NCBI GenBank assembly: GCA_963696385.1
Contig: CAVOKF010000008.1
Location: 32,001 to 96,000, forward strand
DNA length: 64,000 nt
Direction: 5' to 3'
From: an uncultured delta proteobacterium
GTDB lineage: Bacteria; Myxococcota_A; Polyangia; Polyangiales; Polyangiaceae
Shown here: positions 20,616-30,832 of the stretch, one piece after another
Layout of the letters: the number at the start of each line of letters is the position of its first letter
How positions within the stretch are numbered: position 1 is the stretch's first letter
Program-made: the position numbers and the translations under genes
Notes under the pieces: generated by a model
Told to the model about the DNA's origin: nothing
What the model saw: the letters and a program-made list of their open reading frames with translations, nothing else
Database searches by the model: none

Positions 20616-20879
20616 TCAGGGTCGCGCCGAGGCCTGGGGCCGCTGCAGCGACAGAACCGCACGCGCGACGTCCTCGACCGTGGAAATGTGCTCGAACATT
20701 TCGGCCGAAATGTTGACCCCGAAGTAGCTTTCGACGTCCGAGACGAACTCCATGACCCCGAGGCTGTCCAGACCGAGGTCGTTCTGAATATGGTCCGTCG
20801 GGCGTACTTCCCGCGCCTGGTCCACGTGACGGCGAACCAGCTCGCACGTGATCTTCAGCGACTCGTCGTAGCTGGACAT
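20616..20879 (-). CDS. Acyl carrier protein
   Basis: DLGLDSLGVMEFV motif, ISTVEDV. Confidence 0.9.
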   Translation of the reverse strand: MSSYDESLKITCELVRRHVDQAREVRPTDHIQNDLGLDSLGVMEFVSDVESYFGVNISAEMFEHISTVEDVARAVLSLQRPQASARP

Positions 20880-20888
20880 GGGGTGAGG

Positions 20889-21536
20889 TTACCAGCGCCG
20901 AGCCAAGGCGTCATCGATCGAGCGCGCCACGCGGCTGGGCTCGGCGCTGGCCAGCAGTCCGCGGATGAGCGCGACGCCATCGGCTCCCGCCTTGCCACAC
21001 GCGGCTGCGGTCTCTGCCGTGACGCCACCCAGCGCGTAAACGAACGGCCCGCCCCGGGCAATCGACTGCGCGGATCGTAGTGCCTCGAGTCCTCGTTGCG
21101 CCTTGTGCCGGCCAGACAAAGACGGGGACCGTGTACGAAAGATCGGACTGACGAGGACGGCATCGGCACCTTCGTCGCACGCTCGCCGAACGTCGTCGTC
21201 GGTGTGGGCCGCCACAGATACCCAGGCGCGCCGGGCAAACACGGCGCGTGCCTCTTTGACCGATCCCGCGCCACCGCCGAGATGCACGCCGTCGGCTCCG
21301 ACGTCCCGTGCGACCCCCGCATCGCCGTTGACGAAGAGCGCCGCACCGGCCGCACGGGTCGCATCGCGAAGCCGTGCGGCAAACAGCCGCAGACTCACGA
21401 CGGGGCGCGCCTTGTCGCGCAGTTGCACGCCGAACGATCCGCGCGGCAGGGCTCGACCGACGTCGCGCACGCAGCGAAGGATCTGGTCGTCGCCGAACAC
21501 CGGGTCCGTGACGAGCACGATCCGGGGAAGCGTCAT
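20889..21536 (-). CDS. thiE: Thiamine phosphate synthase / TenI family protein
   Basis: VQLRDK, ADGVHL, AAH, SPIFRT, YALGGV; ATGA overlap with thiG. Confidence 0.8.
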   Translation of the reverse strand: MTLPRIVLVTDPVFGDDQILRCVRDVGRALPRGSFGVQLRDKARPVVSLRLFAARLRDATRAAGAALFVNGDAGVARDVGADGVHLGGGAGSVKEARAVFARRAWVSVAAHTDDDVRRACDEGADAVLVSPIFRTRSPSLSGRHKAQRGLEALRSAQSIARGGPFVYALGGVTAETAAACGKAGADGVALIRGLLASAEPSRVARSIDDALARRW

Positions 21537-22447
21537 TCGATGGCGCGCGCGCCGCTCGCTTTGTCGCTCACGGCGCTCGATTGGTCGGCCACCGCGACGC
21601 TCGGTTTGTCGCCCGTCACCGCGATCGCTTTGTCGCCAACCGATCCGATGACTCCTGAAGTCGGGCTCGACGCGTTCGCGTATCGGCGTTTGGGCATTCG
21701 CCCGGCGAGAAACGCTTTGCGTCCCGCGCTCACGGCTTCGCGCATCGCTTCGGCCATCAGGGCCGGATTGCCGGCGTGCGCGATGGCGGTATTGAGCAGA
21801 ACCCCCTGGCAGCCGAGTTCCATCGCGACTGCGACGTCGCTCGCCGTCCCCACGCCCGCATCGACGATGACCGGCACGCGAGCCTGCTCGAGGATGATCT
21901 CCAGGTTGTGAGGGTTGCGAATGCCCAGGCCGCTTCCGATCGGCGCCGCCAGCGGCATGACCGCCGAGCAACCGGCATCTTCGAGCTTGCGGCACAGGAT
22001 CGGATCGTCGATGCAATAGGGCAAGACGACGAACCCTTCGTGGACGAGCTGCCGCGCCGCGACGAGCGTCTGCTCGTTGTCCGGGTAAAGCGTCCTCGGA
22101 TCCCCGATCACCTCGAGTTTGACCATGGGACCTCGAGACGGCGACCGACCATCCTCGGGCGACGCCATCCCGAGGTCGCGCGCCAGCCGCAACGTTCGAA
22201 CCGCCTCGTCGGCCGTAAAACATCCGGCCGTGTTGGGCAACACGATCCACTTCCTTCGCGCGACGAGCGCCATGAGCGACCCGGCCGATCGATCGGCGAG
22301 ATCGACGCGACGCAGTGCGACCGTCACGATCTGCGCGCCGGAAGCGACGATGGCACGCTCGGTCTCGGCCACGTCCTTGTACTTGCCAGTGCCGACGATC
22401 AGCCGGCTCTGGAATTCGTGGCCCGCGATGACGAGAGGATCTTGCAT
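21533..22447 (-). CDS. thiG: Thiazole synthase
   Basis: [47 protein letters not shown]. Confidence 0.96.
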   Translation of the reverse strand: MQDPLVIAGHEFQSRLIVGTGKYKDVAETERAIVASGAQIVTVALRRVDLADRSAGSLMALVARRKWIVLPNTAGCFTADEAVRTLRLARDLGMASPEDGRSPSRGPMVKLEVIGDPRTLYPDNEQTLVAARQLVHEGFVVLPYCIDDPILCRKLEDAGCSAVMPLAAPIGSGLGIRNPHNLEIILEQARVPVIVDAGVGTASDVAVAMELGCQGVLLNTAIAHAGNPALMAEAMREAVSAGRKAFLAGRMPKRRYANASSPTSGVIGSVGDKAIAVTGDKPSVAVADQSSAVSDKASGARAIE

Positions 22448-23343
22448 TGCGCTCCGAGTGTAGCCTCGCCGGCGCCGCGGTCGACCACCGGCGATCGCGG
22501 ATCCCGCCACCGGCGATGAAGCCACAGCCACTGACTCGGAACCTCACGTACGAATCTCTCGAGCGCCCGAGTTGCTTCGACGGTGGCCCGATCGATCCAT
22601 GCACGCCGCGCTCGAACCGGAGGCCAAAGCACGCTCAGGACATGCAACACGTGGTCGCCGTCGTCGCGCCGACGGAATGCCGCTACGACCAGAGGAGCTC
22701 CCGAACGCGCCGCCAGAGCGGCCGGGGCACGGTCCGACCATGCGCCGCGACCCAGAAAATCGACCCGCACCGCATGTCGACACGAGGCCGGGACCTGATC
22801 GATCATCATCGCAACGGCCCCTCCTTTTCGAAGAGTGGCGCGCGCACGCGCCATGGCCCCCGAGGCGGGCGCCAGCGTCACGCCGTGTCGCGTTCGGGTC
22901 GACTGCCAAAAATCGTCCAACGAGGCACTCTTCAACCGCTTCGTGACGACCAAAAGCTGGATCTGCCTCGCCATGGCGCACGCGGCGAGATCCCAATTGC
23001 CCGTGTGCGAAGCCGCGATCACGACGCCCCGCCCCGCGGCCACGGCGCGCGTCCAGACCGCGCGCGAAGACGCGTGCATCGACACATGCTCGGTCGCCTC
23101 CCCGGCGCTGCGCGCGGCCAGCCAAAGAAACTCGGCCGCGGATGTTCCGAGAGATCGGTACATGGCCCGCGCACTTCGGGCGGGATTGCGAACGCCCGCG
23201 GTTCGCAGTCCCCGGTCGACGTGGGATCGTCGGATCCGAAGCACGCTGCCGGCGATCCATCCGATCGCAGCGCCGACCCAGGGCAGGGCCGACCATGGCA
23301 ACCTCCCGACGAGCGCCGTCAGCGCGCGCCATGCCGCAGCCAT
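22399..23343 (-). CDS. Lipid A lauroyl/lysophospholipid acyltransferase (LpxL-like)
   Basis: SHTGNWD (HX4D), [14 protein letters not shown]. Confidence 0.88.
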   Translation of the reverse strand: MAAAWRALTALVGRLPWSALPWVGAAIGWIAGSVLRIRRSHVDRGLRTAGVRNPARSARAMYRSLGTSAAEFLWLAARSAGEATEHVSMHASSRAVWTRAVAAGRGVVIAASHTGNWDLAACAMARQIQLLVVTKRLKSASLDDFWQSTRTRHGVTLAPASGAMARARATLRKGGAVAMMIDQVPASCRHAVRVDFLGRGAWSDRAPAALAARSGAPLVVAAFRRRDDGDHVLHVLSVLWPPVRARRAWIDRATVEATRALERFVREVPSQWLWLHRRWRDPRSPVVDRGAGEATLGAQCKILSSSRATNSRAG

Positions 23344-23361
23344 CGTCGAACGCCGGTCGAC

Positions 23362-23661
23362 TCAGCCGAAACCGGCGCGGCGCGCGACCTTGCCGGCGGT
23401 GGGCTCTCCATCCACGGCGATGGCAAAAACGTCCGATCGGGCGACCACGTAGAGTTCTCGCTTTGGATTGCGCGCGTACACAAGATCGCCGTCTTGCCGG
23501 AGCGCCTCGACCCGCGACACCGTCATGCTCGCCCCGTCGTGAGCGACATGAAGCGTAAGGCCGAGGCCGTCGGGCAGGATGTGCCACCCTTCCCGGTCGC
23601 CCTTCGCACCCACCGCCTTGAGAATCGCATCCATGTGATCGCCGGTCATGACGATGGCCAT
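23362..23661 (-). CDS. Hypothetical small protein
   Basis: Protein-like 99-aa ORF heading the minus-strand operon; ends RRAGFG. Confidence 0.7.
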   Translation of the reverse strand: MAIVMTGDHMDAILKAVGAKGDREGWHILPDGLGLTLHVAHDGASMTVSRVEALRQDGDLVYARNPKRELYVVARSDVFAIAVDGEPTAGKVARRAGFG

Positions 23662-23774
23662 ACCGCGAACCGCGCCGCTCGTCGACGGACGCGGCCGATG
23701 TGCGGCCTTCGACCCGTCGTGCGGACGGCAGCGCGCGACGGCGTCCTGAGTTAGCCTCGATGCGGCTCATCCCG

Positions 23775-24581
23775 ATGACCCGCAACGGATCGGACCGACT
23801 CGCGCAGCCACAACCACAAGCCGTCGTTCTCGAGGGCGTCCACAAGAGCTTCGGGGACACCGAGGTCCTCAAGGGCATCGACATGGTGTGCACCCGAAAT
23901 CAGACGACCTGCGTGGTCGGAGGATCGGGGGCCGGCAAAACGACGCTTCTGCGATTGATCGTCGCACTCGACAAGCCAACGGCCGGGCGCATTTTCATCG
24001 ACGGCGAAGACATCGTGCCGATGGGCGAGCGCGAGCTGAACCGGATCCGTCGAAAGTTCGGCATGGTGTACCAATACGCCGCGTTGTTGGACTCGATCCG
24101 CATCCTGGACAATGTGGCGTTTCCGCTCGTCGAGCACACACGGCTTTCTGCGTCCGAGCGGCGTGACAAGGTCGTCGAAAAGCTTCGAGTGCTCGGGCTC
24201 GACGACAGCATTCTGTCGAAATACCCCTCCGAACTGTCGGGCGGCATGCGCAAGCGCGTGGGTCTCGCGCGCGCTCTCATGCTCGATCCCCAGATCGTGA
24301 TCTACGACGAACCGACCAGCGGTCTCGACCCGCTCACGAGCCGCTCGGTGGATGACCTCATCGACGAAACGAAGCGGCGCTTCCTCGTCACGAGCATCGT
24401 CATTACCCACGACATCGCAAGCTGTTTCCGGATCGCCGATCAAGCCATTCTGATCGACGAAGGCCGCATCGTGGCTCGAGGAACGCCCGCGGAGCTCGCC
24501 CACGGCGACAGCGACGTCGCTCGCGAATTCATCGTCACGTCGGGGGTCGATGTCGACGCCATCACGAGCCACCGACGCTGA
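23775..24581 (+). CDS. ABC transporter ATP-binding protein, MlaF/Ttg2A (Mce) family
   Basis: GGSGAGKT, YPSELSGGMRKRVGLARAL, YDEPTSGLDP, ITHD. Confidence 0.9.
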   Translation: MTRNGSDRLAQPQPQAVVLEGVHKSFGDTEVLKGIDMVCTRNQTTCVVGGSGAGKTTLLRLIVALDKPTAGRIFIDGEDIVPMGERELNRIRRKFGMVYQYAALLDSIRILDNVAFPLVEHTRLSASERRDKVVEKLRVLGLDDSILSKYPSELSGGMRKRVGLARALMLDPQIVIYDEPTSGLDPLTSRSVDDLIDETKRRFLVTSIVITHDIASCFRIADQAILIDEGRIVARGTPAELAHGDSDVAREFIVTSGVDVDAITSHRR

Positions 24582-24606
24582 CTGCGCTATCCTGAACGCA
24601 GGAGCG

Positions 24607-25443
24607 ATGCAACCCGTCCTGCCTGCAGCCGCGCCTCCCCCGCAGGGCGATCCTGCGGCGCAGCCCCCGCCGTCGACCGATCCGAAGGCGATCGCGGCGT
24701 TCGTGCTCGGGGTGTTCGGCGTACTCGGCACGTTCTGCGGCATGGGAGTACTGCTCGGCATTCCCGCGATGGTGCTGGGCGCGGTCGCCCATCGGGACAT
24801 CGGTCGATCCGCAGGGGGGCTACTCGGTCGTGGGCTGGCGACCGCGGGGATGATTCTGGGCACGATCGGCTCGCTCCTGTTCTTCGCGTGGGCGTCGACC
24901 GTGGCCTTCCTCCTGATGAGCTCCCCGGTGGCCGCCTCCGCCCCATTGGAGGTCGACGATTCTCCCATCCCGACGTGGCCCTCGAACACCCCCCTCGTTC
25001 CGTCCGACGAAACGGCCCGCGCGCACGGAGTGAGGCTGCATCGGTCCGGCGGCGCGCTGCGCGTCCAGCTCGCGAGGCAGGCCTCGTCGGCGCGCAGCGC
25101 GGGCGAGATCGTGCTCGTCGAGACTCTGGGAGCGAATTGCGGCGCATGCGAAGAAATCGATCTGGCCATGCGCGATCCGGAGCTGCAGGCCGCCCTGTTC
25201 AACGTTCGGCTCGTCGACGTCGATACGGGCGAGTTCCATCCGGAGCTCGGTCGTCTCCGGATGGACGAGGTCGCGGCGCCATGGTTTTACCTGATTGATT
25301 CTCAAGGCGAGCCGCGCGACGCGATCGGCGCCGACGAGTGGGACGACAACGTAGCGGGGAACATTGCGCCGGTCCTGCATGCTTTCGTGCACGGAAAGCT
25401 CCGCACGCGCCGCCACGCGTGGCACGGCGGCGCCACGCTCTGA
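24607..25443 (+). CDS. DUF4190-like membrane protein with C-terminal thioredoxin-like domain
   Basis: KAIAAFVLG...GRGLATAGMILG hairpin followed by CGAC and VDVD; GGAG RBS. Confidence 0.7.
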   Translation: MQPVLPAAAPPPQGDPAAQPPPSTDPKAIAAFVLGVFGVLGTFCGMGVLLGIPAMVLGAVAHRDIGRSAGGLLGRGLATAGMILGTIGSLLFFAWASTVAFLLMSSPVAASAPLEVDDSPIPTWPSNTPLVPSDETARAHGVRLHRSGGALRVQLARQASSARSAGEIVLVETLGANCGACEEIDLAMRDPELQAALFNVRLVDVDTGEFHPELGRLRMDEVAAPWFYLIDSQGEPRDAIGADEWDDNVAGNIAPVLHAFVHGKLRTRRHAWHGGATL

Positions 25444-25462
25444 TCCACCGGTTCTGGGATCC

Positions 25463-27138
25463 CTAATTTCGCTCGAGCAGCAGATCGTCGGCGGGTTTGT
25501 TGGAAGACGTCGAAACCGCCGGCACGGGGCGCGATGGAGGCGACGGGGACGGACGGGCGAGCTTGGGCGTCGCGGCGGCCGCGCTCGCCGCGGGGGGACT
25601 GTTCGCCGATGCGCTCCCCGACGACCAAGCGGGCGCGCTTGCCGGTGGCGGACCGGTTGTCTTGGGGCCACCCGCGGGCAAATCGCGGGTCTGAGGGGGG
25701 CTGACCCCCGGATCTGTCTTGGGGCCACCCGCCGACAAATCGCGGGTCTGAGGGGGGCTGACCCCCGGATTTGTCTTGGGGCCACCCGCCGACAAATCGA
25801 GGGTCTGAGGGGGGGCGACCCTCGGATCCGTCTTGGGGCCACCCGCCGACAAATCGAGGGTCTGAGGGGGGCGACCCCCGGATCCGTCTTGGGGCCACCC
25901 GCCGACAAATCGAGGGTCTGAGGGGGGGCGACCCCCGGTTCGAGAGCGATTGCGGCGTGCCGTGCGGAGGCCGGGGCAGCGGCACGCGGAGATCGCGATA
26001 CGACGATGAACAGCGCCACGCCGGCCACGGCCGCAAAGGCAAGCGTCGCCACTCCCCGGCGACGCCGAAGAGCCCCGCTGGTTTGTCGGCTCGCGACCGT
26101 CTCGGCATAACCCGACGCGACCTCGCCCTGCGCGGCGGAGGGGCCGACCGAGGCGATCGACCGGCCCGGCGCGCTCCGGCCGGAGCGCGGTGCACTCACG
26201 ATTCGCGCAACGCGATCGACGGCCAGTTTACCCTCGTCGGACGCGAAGGCGCGAAGCGCCTCGGCGAGATTGGCTACGGACTGGAAGCGACGATTCAGGT
26301 CCTTGTCGAGGCACCGCATGATGACGGAGGCAAGCGCGCTCGAAGAATCCGGCCGCCGAGACCGGACAGGCACGGGAGGATCGGCCACGATCTTGGCGCA
26401 CAACCCGGTGACGGTGTCGGCTTCGAACGGCGGCGCCCCGGCGAGAAGCTCGTACAGGATGACCCCGAGAGCCCAGATATCGGTCCGGGTGTCGACGTTC
26501 TTGGTGCTGCGGACCTGCTCCGGCGACATGTAGAGGGGCGAACCGAGAACGGTCGCCGTCGACGTGAGGCTCTGCGCTTGAGCACCCTCGTCCATGGCCT
26601 TCGAGATTCCGAAGTCCAGGACCTTGACCAAGGGCGCGCCGTCCGGTCGCACGGTCAGAAAGAGATTGGACGGTTTGAGGTCGCGGTGCACGATGCCCAC
26701 CCCGTGGGCCTCGGCCACGGCTTCCATGGCTTGGAGGAGGTAGTCCACGGCCTCCGCCACCGGCAGCACGCGGCGGACCTCGAGGACGTGCCCGAGATCC
26801 GTTCCGCTCAGGTGCTCCATCACCATGTAGGGAAGTCCGTCGTCCAGTGCACCCACATCCATGACGCGTACGACGTGGGCGCTCTGGAGCCCGGCGGCCG
26901 CACGCGCTTCGCGCACGAAGCGGTTCACCGCCTCGGGCCCCGATCCGACGCACCGCCGGAGGAGCTTGATCGCGACCGTTTGCCCCAACTGCAGGTGGCG
27001 CGCGGCGACGACAACCCCCATTCCGCCGATGCCGAGCACGCGCTCGACGACGAACTTGCCGCCGATGACGTCGCCCACGGCGGCGAGCCCCTCGGGCATC
27101 TCGGACGCCGTTTCGAGGTCGGCCCCTTCCACCGCCAT
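25463..27138 (-). CDS. Ser/Thr protein kinase with TM helix and repeat-containing tail (frameshift in repeat 25830-25885)
   Basis: LGIGGMG, VAIK, HRDLKPSN, DFG, YMSPEQ; adding one G to the run at ~25866-25871 gives a Pro/Ala tail ending DDLLLERN*. Confidence 0.88.
25659..25938. repeat. Intragenic 57-bp (19-aa) tandem repeat, 5 copies, one of 56 bp
   Basis: Units start at 25659, 25716, 25773, 25830 and 25886; encode GVSPPQTRDLSAGGPKTDP. Confidence 0.95.
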
Positions 27139-27175
27139 ACTCCCCACGATACCGAGTCGCGCGGTCCCTCTCAAC

Positions 27176-28108
27176 TCAGCCGCTTGCCCATCGGCTCGAA
27201 AGCGCACGGGCCGCGGACTTCAGCGTCACGAACTCGTAGCCGGCACGCTTCAGGACGTCGACCGCGGCGCGAAGGGCATCGAGCTTCTCGCCGTGCGCCA
27301 CCCGAACGTCCGCACGAACCGAACGAAGGTCCTGCAGCCCGTCGCCGACATCGAGCACGTCGATGCCATGCAGCTCCAGATTGATCATCGGCTGACCGAT
27401 ACAGGCACGGGCAAGCCAGCGAGCCACACGCGATCCCCAGAGGGTCAGCGTCGTGCCAAAGATGGGCAGGCGGGGGCCGCGCGTGACCTGTACGGGAATC
27501 TCCAGCAGACCCCGACCGGGTCGCCAGTAGGGCCGACCGATGCGGTACGGCTGGGTCGGCGACGTCAGCACGAGCGGAGTGTCGACGATCGACCGGCTCC
27601 GGTGCCCGCGCGCCGCGATCAGGCCCATCTTCAGCGTCTTCGCGAGCCAATACGGCGGGCACGGGAAGACCGACGAATCGTACTCGATGCCCATTTCGGT
27701 GAGCACATCGAACACCTCGTCGGAGATAGTGTACCCCGGAGCCCGAAAACCGACGGGGCAGGTCCCGGTCGCGTGCTCGATCGCCCTGGCCCCTTGTTCG
27801 ATTTGACGCGCGATCTCGGCCCGCCCGAGGCGAACGAGGTCGTAGCGGTGATCGAGCGAGTGGTCGGCGACTTCGAACCCCGCTTCGGCCGCCGACCGCA
27901 CTTTTTGCGCGTTTGCCGCGCGCGCCAGGTCGCTTCCGACGGCAAACCAGGTGAGCGGGATCGCCAGCTCTCGGCCGAGGGAGCTCAGTCGATCGAACGC
28001 GACGTCATAGACGAGCGTGCGCGCCGGACCTTGCGGATCCGGCAGGCCGTGAATCGCAAAGTAGTTCGGAATCTCGTCGAGGTCGACGCTCACTGCGCAG
28101 AGGCGCAC
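27176..28108 (-). CDS. Polysaccharide deacetylase family protein
   Basis: SVDLD, HSLDH, GFRAPGY, YDSS, ELHGID. Confidence 0.88.
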   Translation of the reverse strand: MRLCAVSVDLDEIPNYFAIHGLPDPQGPARTLVYDVAFDRLSSLGRELAIPLTWFAVGSDLARAANAQKVRSAAEAGFEVADHSLDHRYDLVRLGRAEIARQIEQGARAIEHATGTCPVGFRAPGYTISDEVFDVLTEMGIEYDSSVFPCPPYWLAKTLKMGLIAARGHRSRSIVDTPLVLTSPTQPYRIGRPYWRPGRGLLEIPVQVTRGPRLPIFGTTLTLWGSRVARWLARACIGQPMINLELHGIDVLDVGDGLQDLRSVRADVRVAHGEKLDALRAAVDVLKRAGYEFVTLKSAARALSSRWASG

Positions 28109-28114
28109 GGGGGA

Positions 28115-29042
28115 TCAACCCTCGATGGTCTTCGCCACCTCGGCGGCAAGGTCTTCTTGCTTCTTCTCGATTCCTTCGCCGAGCGAATAGCGCACGAATG
28201 CGCGAATCGTGACTTCGCCGCCCAGTTTCTTCGCGAGCTGCTGGCGCAGTTTGTCGATCGTGCCCGCCGGCGGATCCCACACGTTGTCCTGTCCGAGCAA
28301 CGTCACCTCGGTGAACCACTTGGCGAGCTTTCCATCCAGAATCTTCGGCCAAGCTTGTTCAGGCTTGCCCTCTTCTTTCAGCTGAGCCTCGAAGATCTCT
28401 CGCTGTTTGGCAACGTCGGCCGGAGCCAGGTCCTCGCGCCGGACGACCGACGGGTTCATCGCCGCGATCTGCAAGGCCACGTTGTCGACGAACGCGCGGA
28501 TGTCATGGTTTCTCGGGTCCGGCCCATCCACGGACACGAGCACCGCCAGCTTGCCGCCAGCGTGAACGTACCCCACGACGAGTCCGCCGGGCTCTTTGGC
28601 CTCGATGGCCGCCCAACGCCGGACGACACAGTTTTCGCCCGTTTTCGCAACGAGCTCTTGGCGCACGGCGTCGATGTTCTTGTCCACCCCCGGATACTTT
28701 TGGGTGCTGAGAATCCGCCCCTTTCGGCAGCTTGCTCGCGACGCTCACCACGTTCTTCACGAACGTCTTGAATTCGTCGCCGCGGGACACGAAGTCGGTC
28801 TGCGAATTGACTTCGACCAAGACGCCCCGCTTGCCGTCCGGCGCGACCCACGCGGCGACCTCTCCCTCAGCCGCCACGCGACCGGCACGTGCCGCGGCTT
28901 TGACGAGCCCTTTCTTCAAGATGATCTCGACGGCCTTCTCCATGTCGCCGCCCCCTTCGACGAGCGCGCTCTTGCAGTCGGCCATTCCGGCTTGCGTGCG
29001 CTCACGAAGCTCTTTGACCATCGAAGCAGTGATTGCGGCCAT
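28115..29042 (-). CDS. tsf: Elongation factor Ts (apparent +1 frameshift at ~28712)
   Basis: [16 protein letters not shown] and EVNSQTDFV in one frame; [26 protein letters not shown] in another; joined by removing one A; follows rpsB. Confidence 0.95.
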
Positions 29043-29087
29043 GACTTACCCTCGGGAATTCTAGAATCGAGTCGCGTGAAAATCCGT

Positions 29088-29939
29088 TCAACTGGGTCGG
29101 TCGCCGTCGTCCCGGCGGACGCGGCTACGAATGACTTCAGCCTGCGGACCGTCGCGGCGGCCCCCGCCCTGATCGCGATCGCCTTCGCGATTCATCGTCT
29201 CCTTGCGACGCTGGGCACCCTCAATCACCGCGTCGGCGATGCCGGCGGTGATGAGCCGGATCGATCGGATCGCGTCGTCGTTGCCGGGGATGACGAAGTT
29301 GACCCTGTCCGGATCGCAATTGGTGTCCGTGATCGCGATGACCGGAACACCAATTTTGTTAGCCTCTTGGACGGCGATGGACTCGCGCGCAGGGTCGATG
29401 ACGAACATGGCGCTCGGAAGCGAACCCATATTTTTCAATCCGCCGAGGTACTTCTCGAACCGCTCGCGCTCTTTCTCGAGTCGAGAGACTTCCTTCTTCG
29501 TAATCGATTGATACGTGCCGTCTTCCTTCATGCGCTCGAGTTGGCGCATTCGCTCCAGGCCCATCTTGATGGTACGGAAGTTCGTCAACGTTCCGCCGAG
29601 CCAGCGGTTGACGACGTAGAAACTGCCGGAGCGAACCGCCTCCTCTTGGACGATTTCCTGCGCCTGGCGCTTGGTGCCGACCATGAGAATGTGGCCGCCG
29701 CGGCCGACGGTGTCGACCACGAAGTGGTGCGCGCGGGCAAAGAGCCGTGCGGTTTGATCGAGGTCGATGATGTGAATGCCGTTGCGTGCGCCGTAGATGA
29801 ACGGACGCATCTTCGGGTTCCAGCGCTTGGTCTGGTGGCCGAAGTGGACCCCCGCGTCGAGCAGCGACCGGAGAGGCAAAGGCACGTCGCCCGGGAGCTG
29901 GGGCAGTCCCTGGGCATTGAGTTCGGTGGGCTGGGTCAT
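29088..29939 (-). CDS. rpsB: 30S ribosomal protein S2
   Basis: [44 protein letters not shown]. Confidence 0.98.
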   Translation of the reverse strand: MTQPTELNAQGLPQLPGDVPLPLRSLLDAGVHFGHQTKRWNPKMRPFIYGARNGIHIIDLDQTARLFARAHHFVVDTVGRGGHILMVGTKRQAQEIVQEEAVRSGSFYVVNRWLGGTLTNFRTIKMGLERMRQLERMKEDGTYQSITKKEVSRLEKERERFEKYLGGLKNMGSLPSAMFVIDPARESIAVQEANKIGVPVIAITDTNCDPDRVNFVIPGNDDAIRSIRLITAGIADAVIEGAQRRKETMNREGDRDQGGGRRDGPQAEVIRSRVRRDDGDRPS

Positions 29940-29953
29940 TCGCGCATCCTTTC

Positions 29954-30069
29954 GGTTGAGCCTCCACCTTCCTCTCCTCGCCAACGGAGCCGCCGGCCCC
30001 TTCCGCAAGGACGGAGTGGAAACGGGACGGCCCCGCACCGGACGGGGATTCGCGCGGGAAAGTGTGTGG
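29954..30069 (-). promoter_or_regulatory. rpsB (S2) autoregulatory leader
   Basis: 5' CCACACAC...CCGGTGC...GGTGGAGGCTCAACC 3', resembling conserved rpsB leader elements, directly upstream of rpsB. Confidence 0.6.
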
Positions 30070-30254
30070 GTTGGAGCGGCAAGCGGAATGCCCGCCGCCT
30101 GTTATCGGGGCAGCCAACGTACTCACCGGCTCCGAAAATGCAAGCTAGGGTCGAGTTGTCGGGCGCTACGCGTGCATCGCCCTGCCCCGTTCGCCCTCCC
30201 CCGCGTTTTGCCAATCTGGGCCGGCCGTTGCTCGGTTCGACCGAAAAGGACACC

Positions 30255-30488
30255 ATGCGCCACAAACTGCGCCCGCCGCGCTTCGCGATCGGGCATTGGC
30301 TGGGGTTGGCCCTCACGATGGGATCGTGCGCCTCGGGACAAGCGGCCCGCCTGCCCCTCGGTTTGCCCGCGCCCGTGTACGAAGAGCCTAGCCCGCCCCA
30401 GAGCGATGAGCGGCAGGATGGCGGCGCGACCGCGGGCCCCGGATCCAAGCCCTCCGCGCCGACGACGGGCAACCCCGGGAGAGAATGA
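30255..30488 (+). CDS. Small putative lipoprotein
   Basis: AAAGGA RBS; basic N-terminus, hydrophobic stretch and MGSC lipobox-like site; PAPVYEEP and low-complexity tail. Confidence 0.55.
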   Translation: MRHKLRPPRFAIGHWLGLALTMGSCASGQAARLPLGLPAPVYEEPSPPQSDERQDGGATAGPGSKPSAPTTGNPGRE

Positions 30489-30535
30489 ACACCGCAGTCC
30501 GGCTGGCTCGGACGTCGTGCTAGCGTCCCCCGCCG

Positions 30536-30832
30536 ATGCCGGCTCCGACGATCAATCGCGCGCTCGTGCTTCGCGTGGCCAAACTCGCCTGCCTGTCTCT
30601 GGCCGAGCCAGAGCTCGATCGGTTCACGCACGAGCTCGCGCGGATTGTGGGGTACGTCGAGCAGCTCGATGTTCTCGACACACACGACGTCCCGCCCACG
30701 GCACACATCCAGCTCGACCGCACCCCGTGGCGGGAGGACGAAGAGCGGGCCAGCCTTCCACGCGACGAGGTCCTGTCGCAGGCGCCCCGAGTGGAGGCCG
30801 ACGGTTTCGCCGTACCGGCATTCGTCGAGTGA
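30536..30832 (+). CDS. gatC: Asp/Glu-tRNA amidotransferase subunit C
   Basis: [29 protein letters not shown]. Confidence 0.93.
   Translation: MPAPTINRALVLRVAKLACLSLAEPELDRFTHELARIVGYVEQLDVLDTHDVPPTAHIQLDRTPWREDEERASLPRDEVLSQAPRVEADGFAVPAFVE

Noticed and set aside
24820..25462. Arg-rich C-terminal extension of the 795-aa kinase ORF
   Set aside because: Product of the frameshift in the 57-bp array; overlaps a better gene on the opposite strand
28115..29042. tsf as a true pseudogene or two genes
   Set aside because: Both halves are intact, one base repairs the frame, and EF-Ts is normally essential; an artefact is more likely
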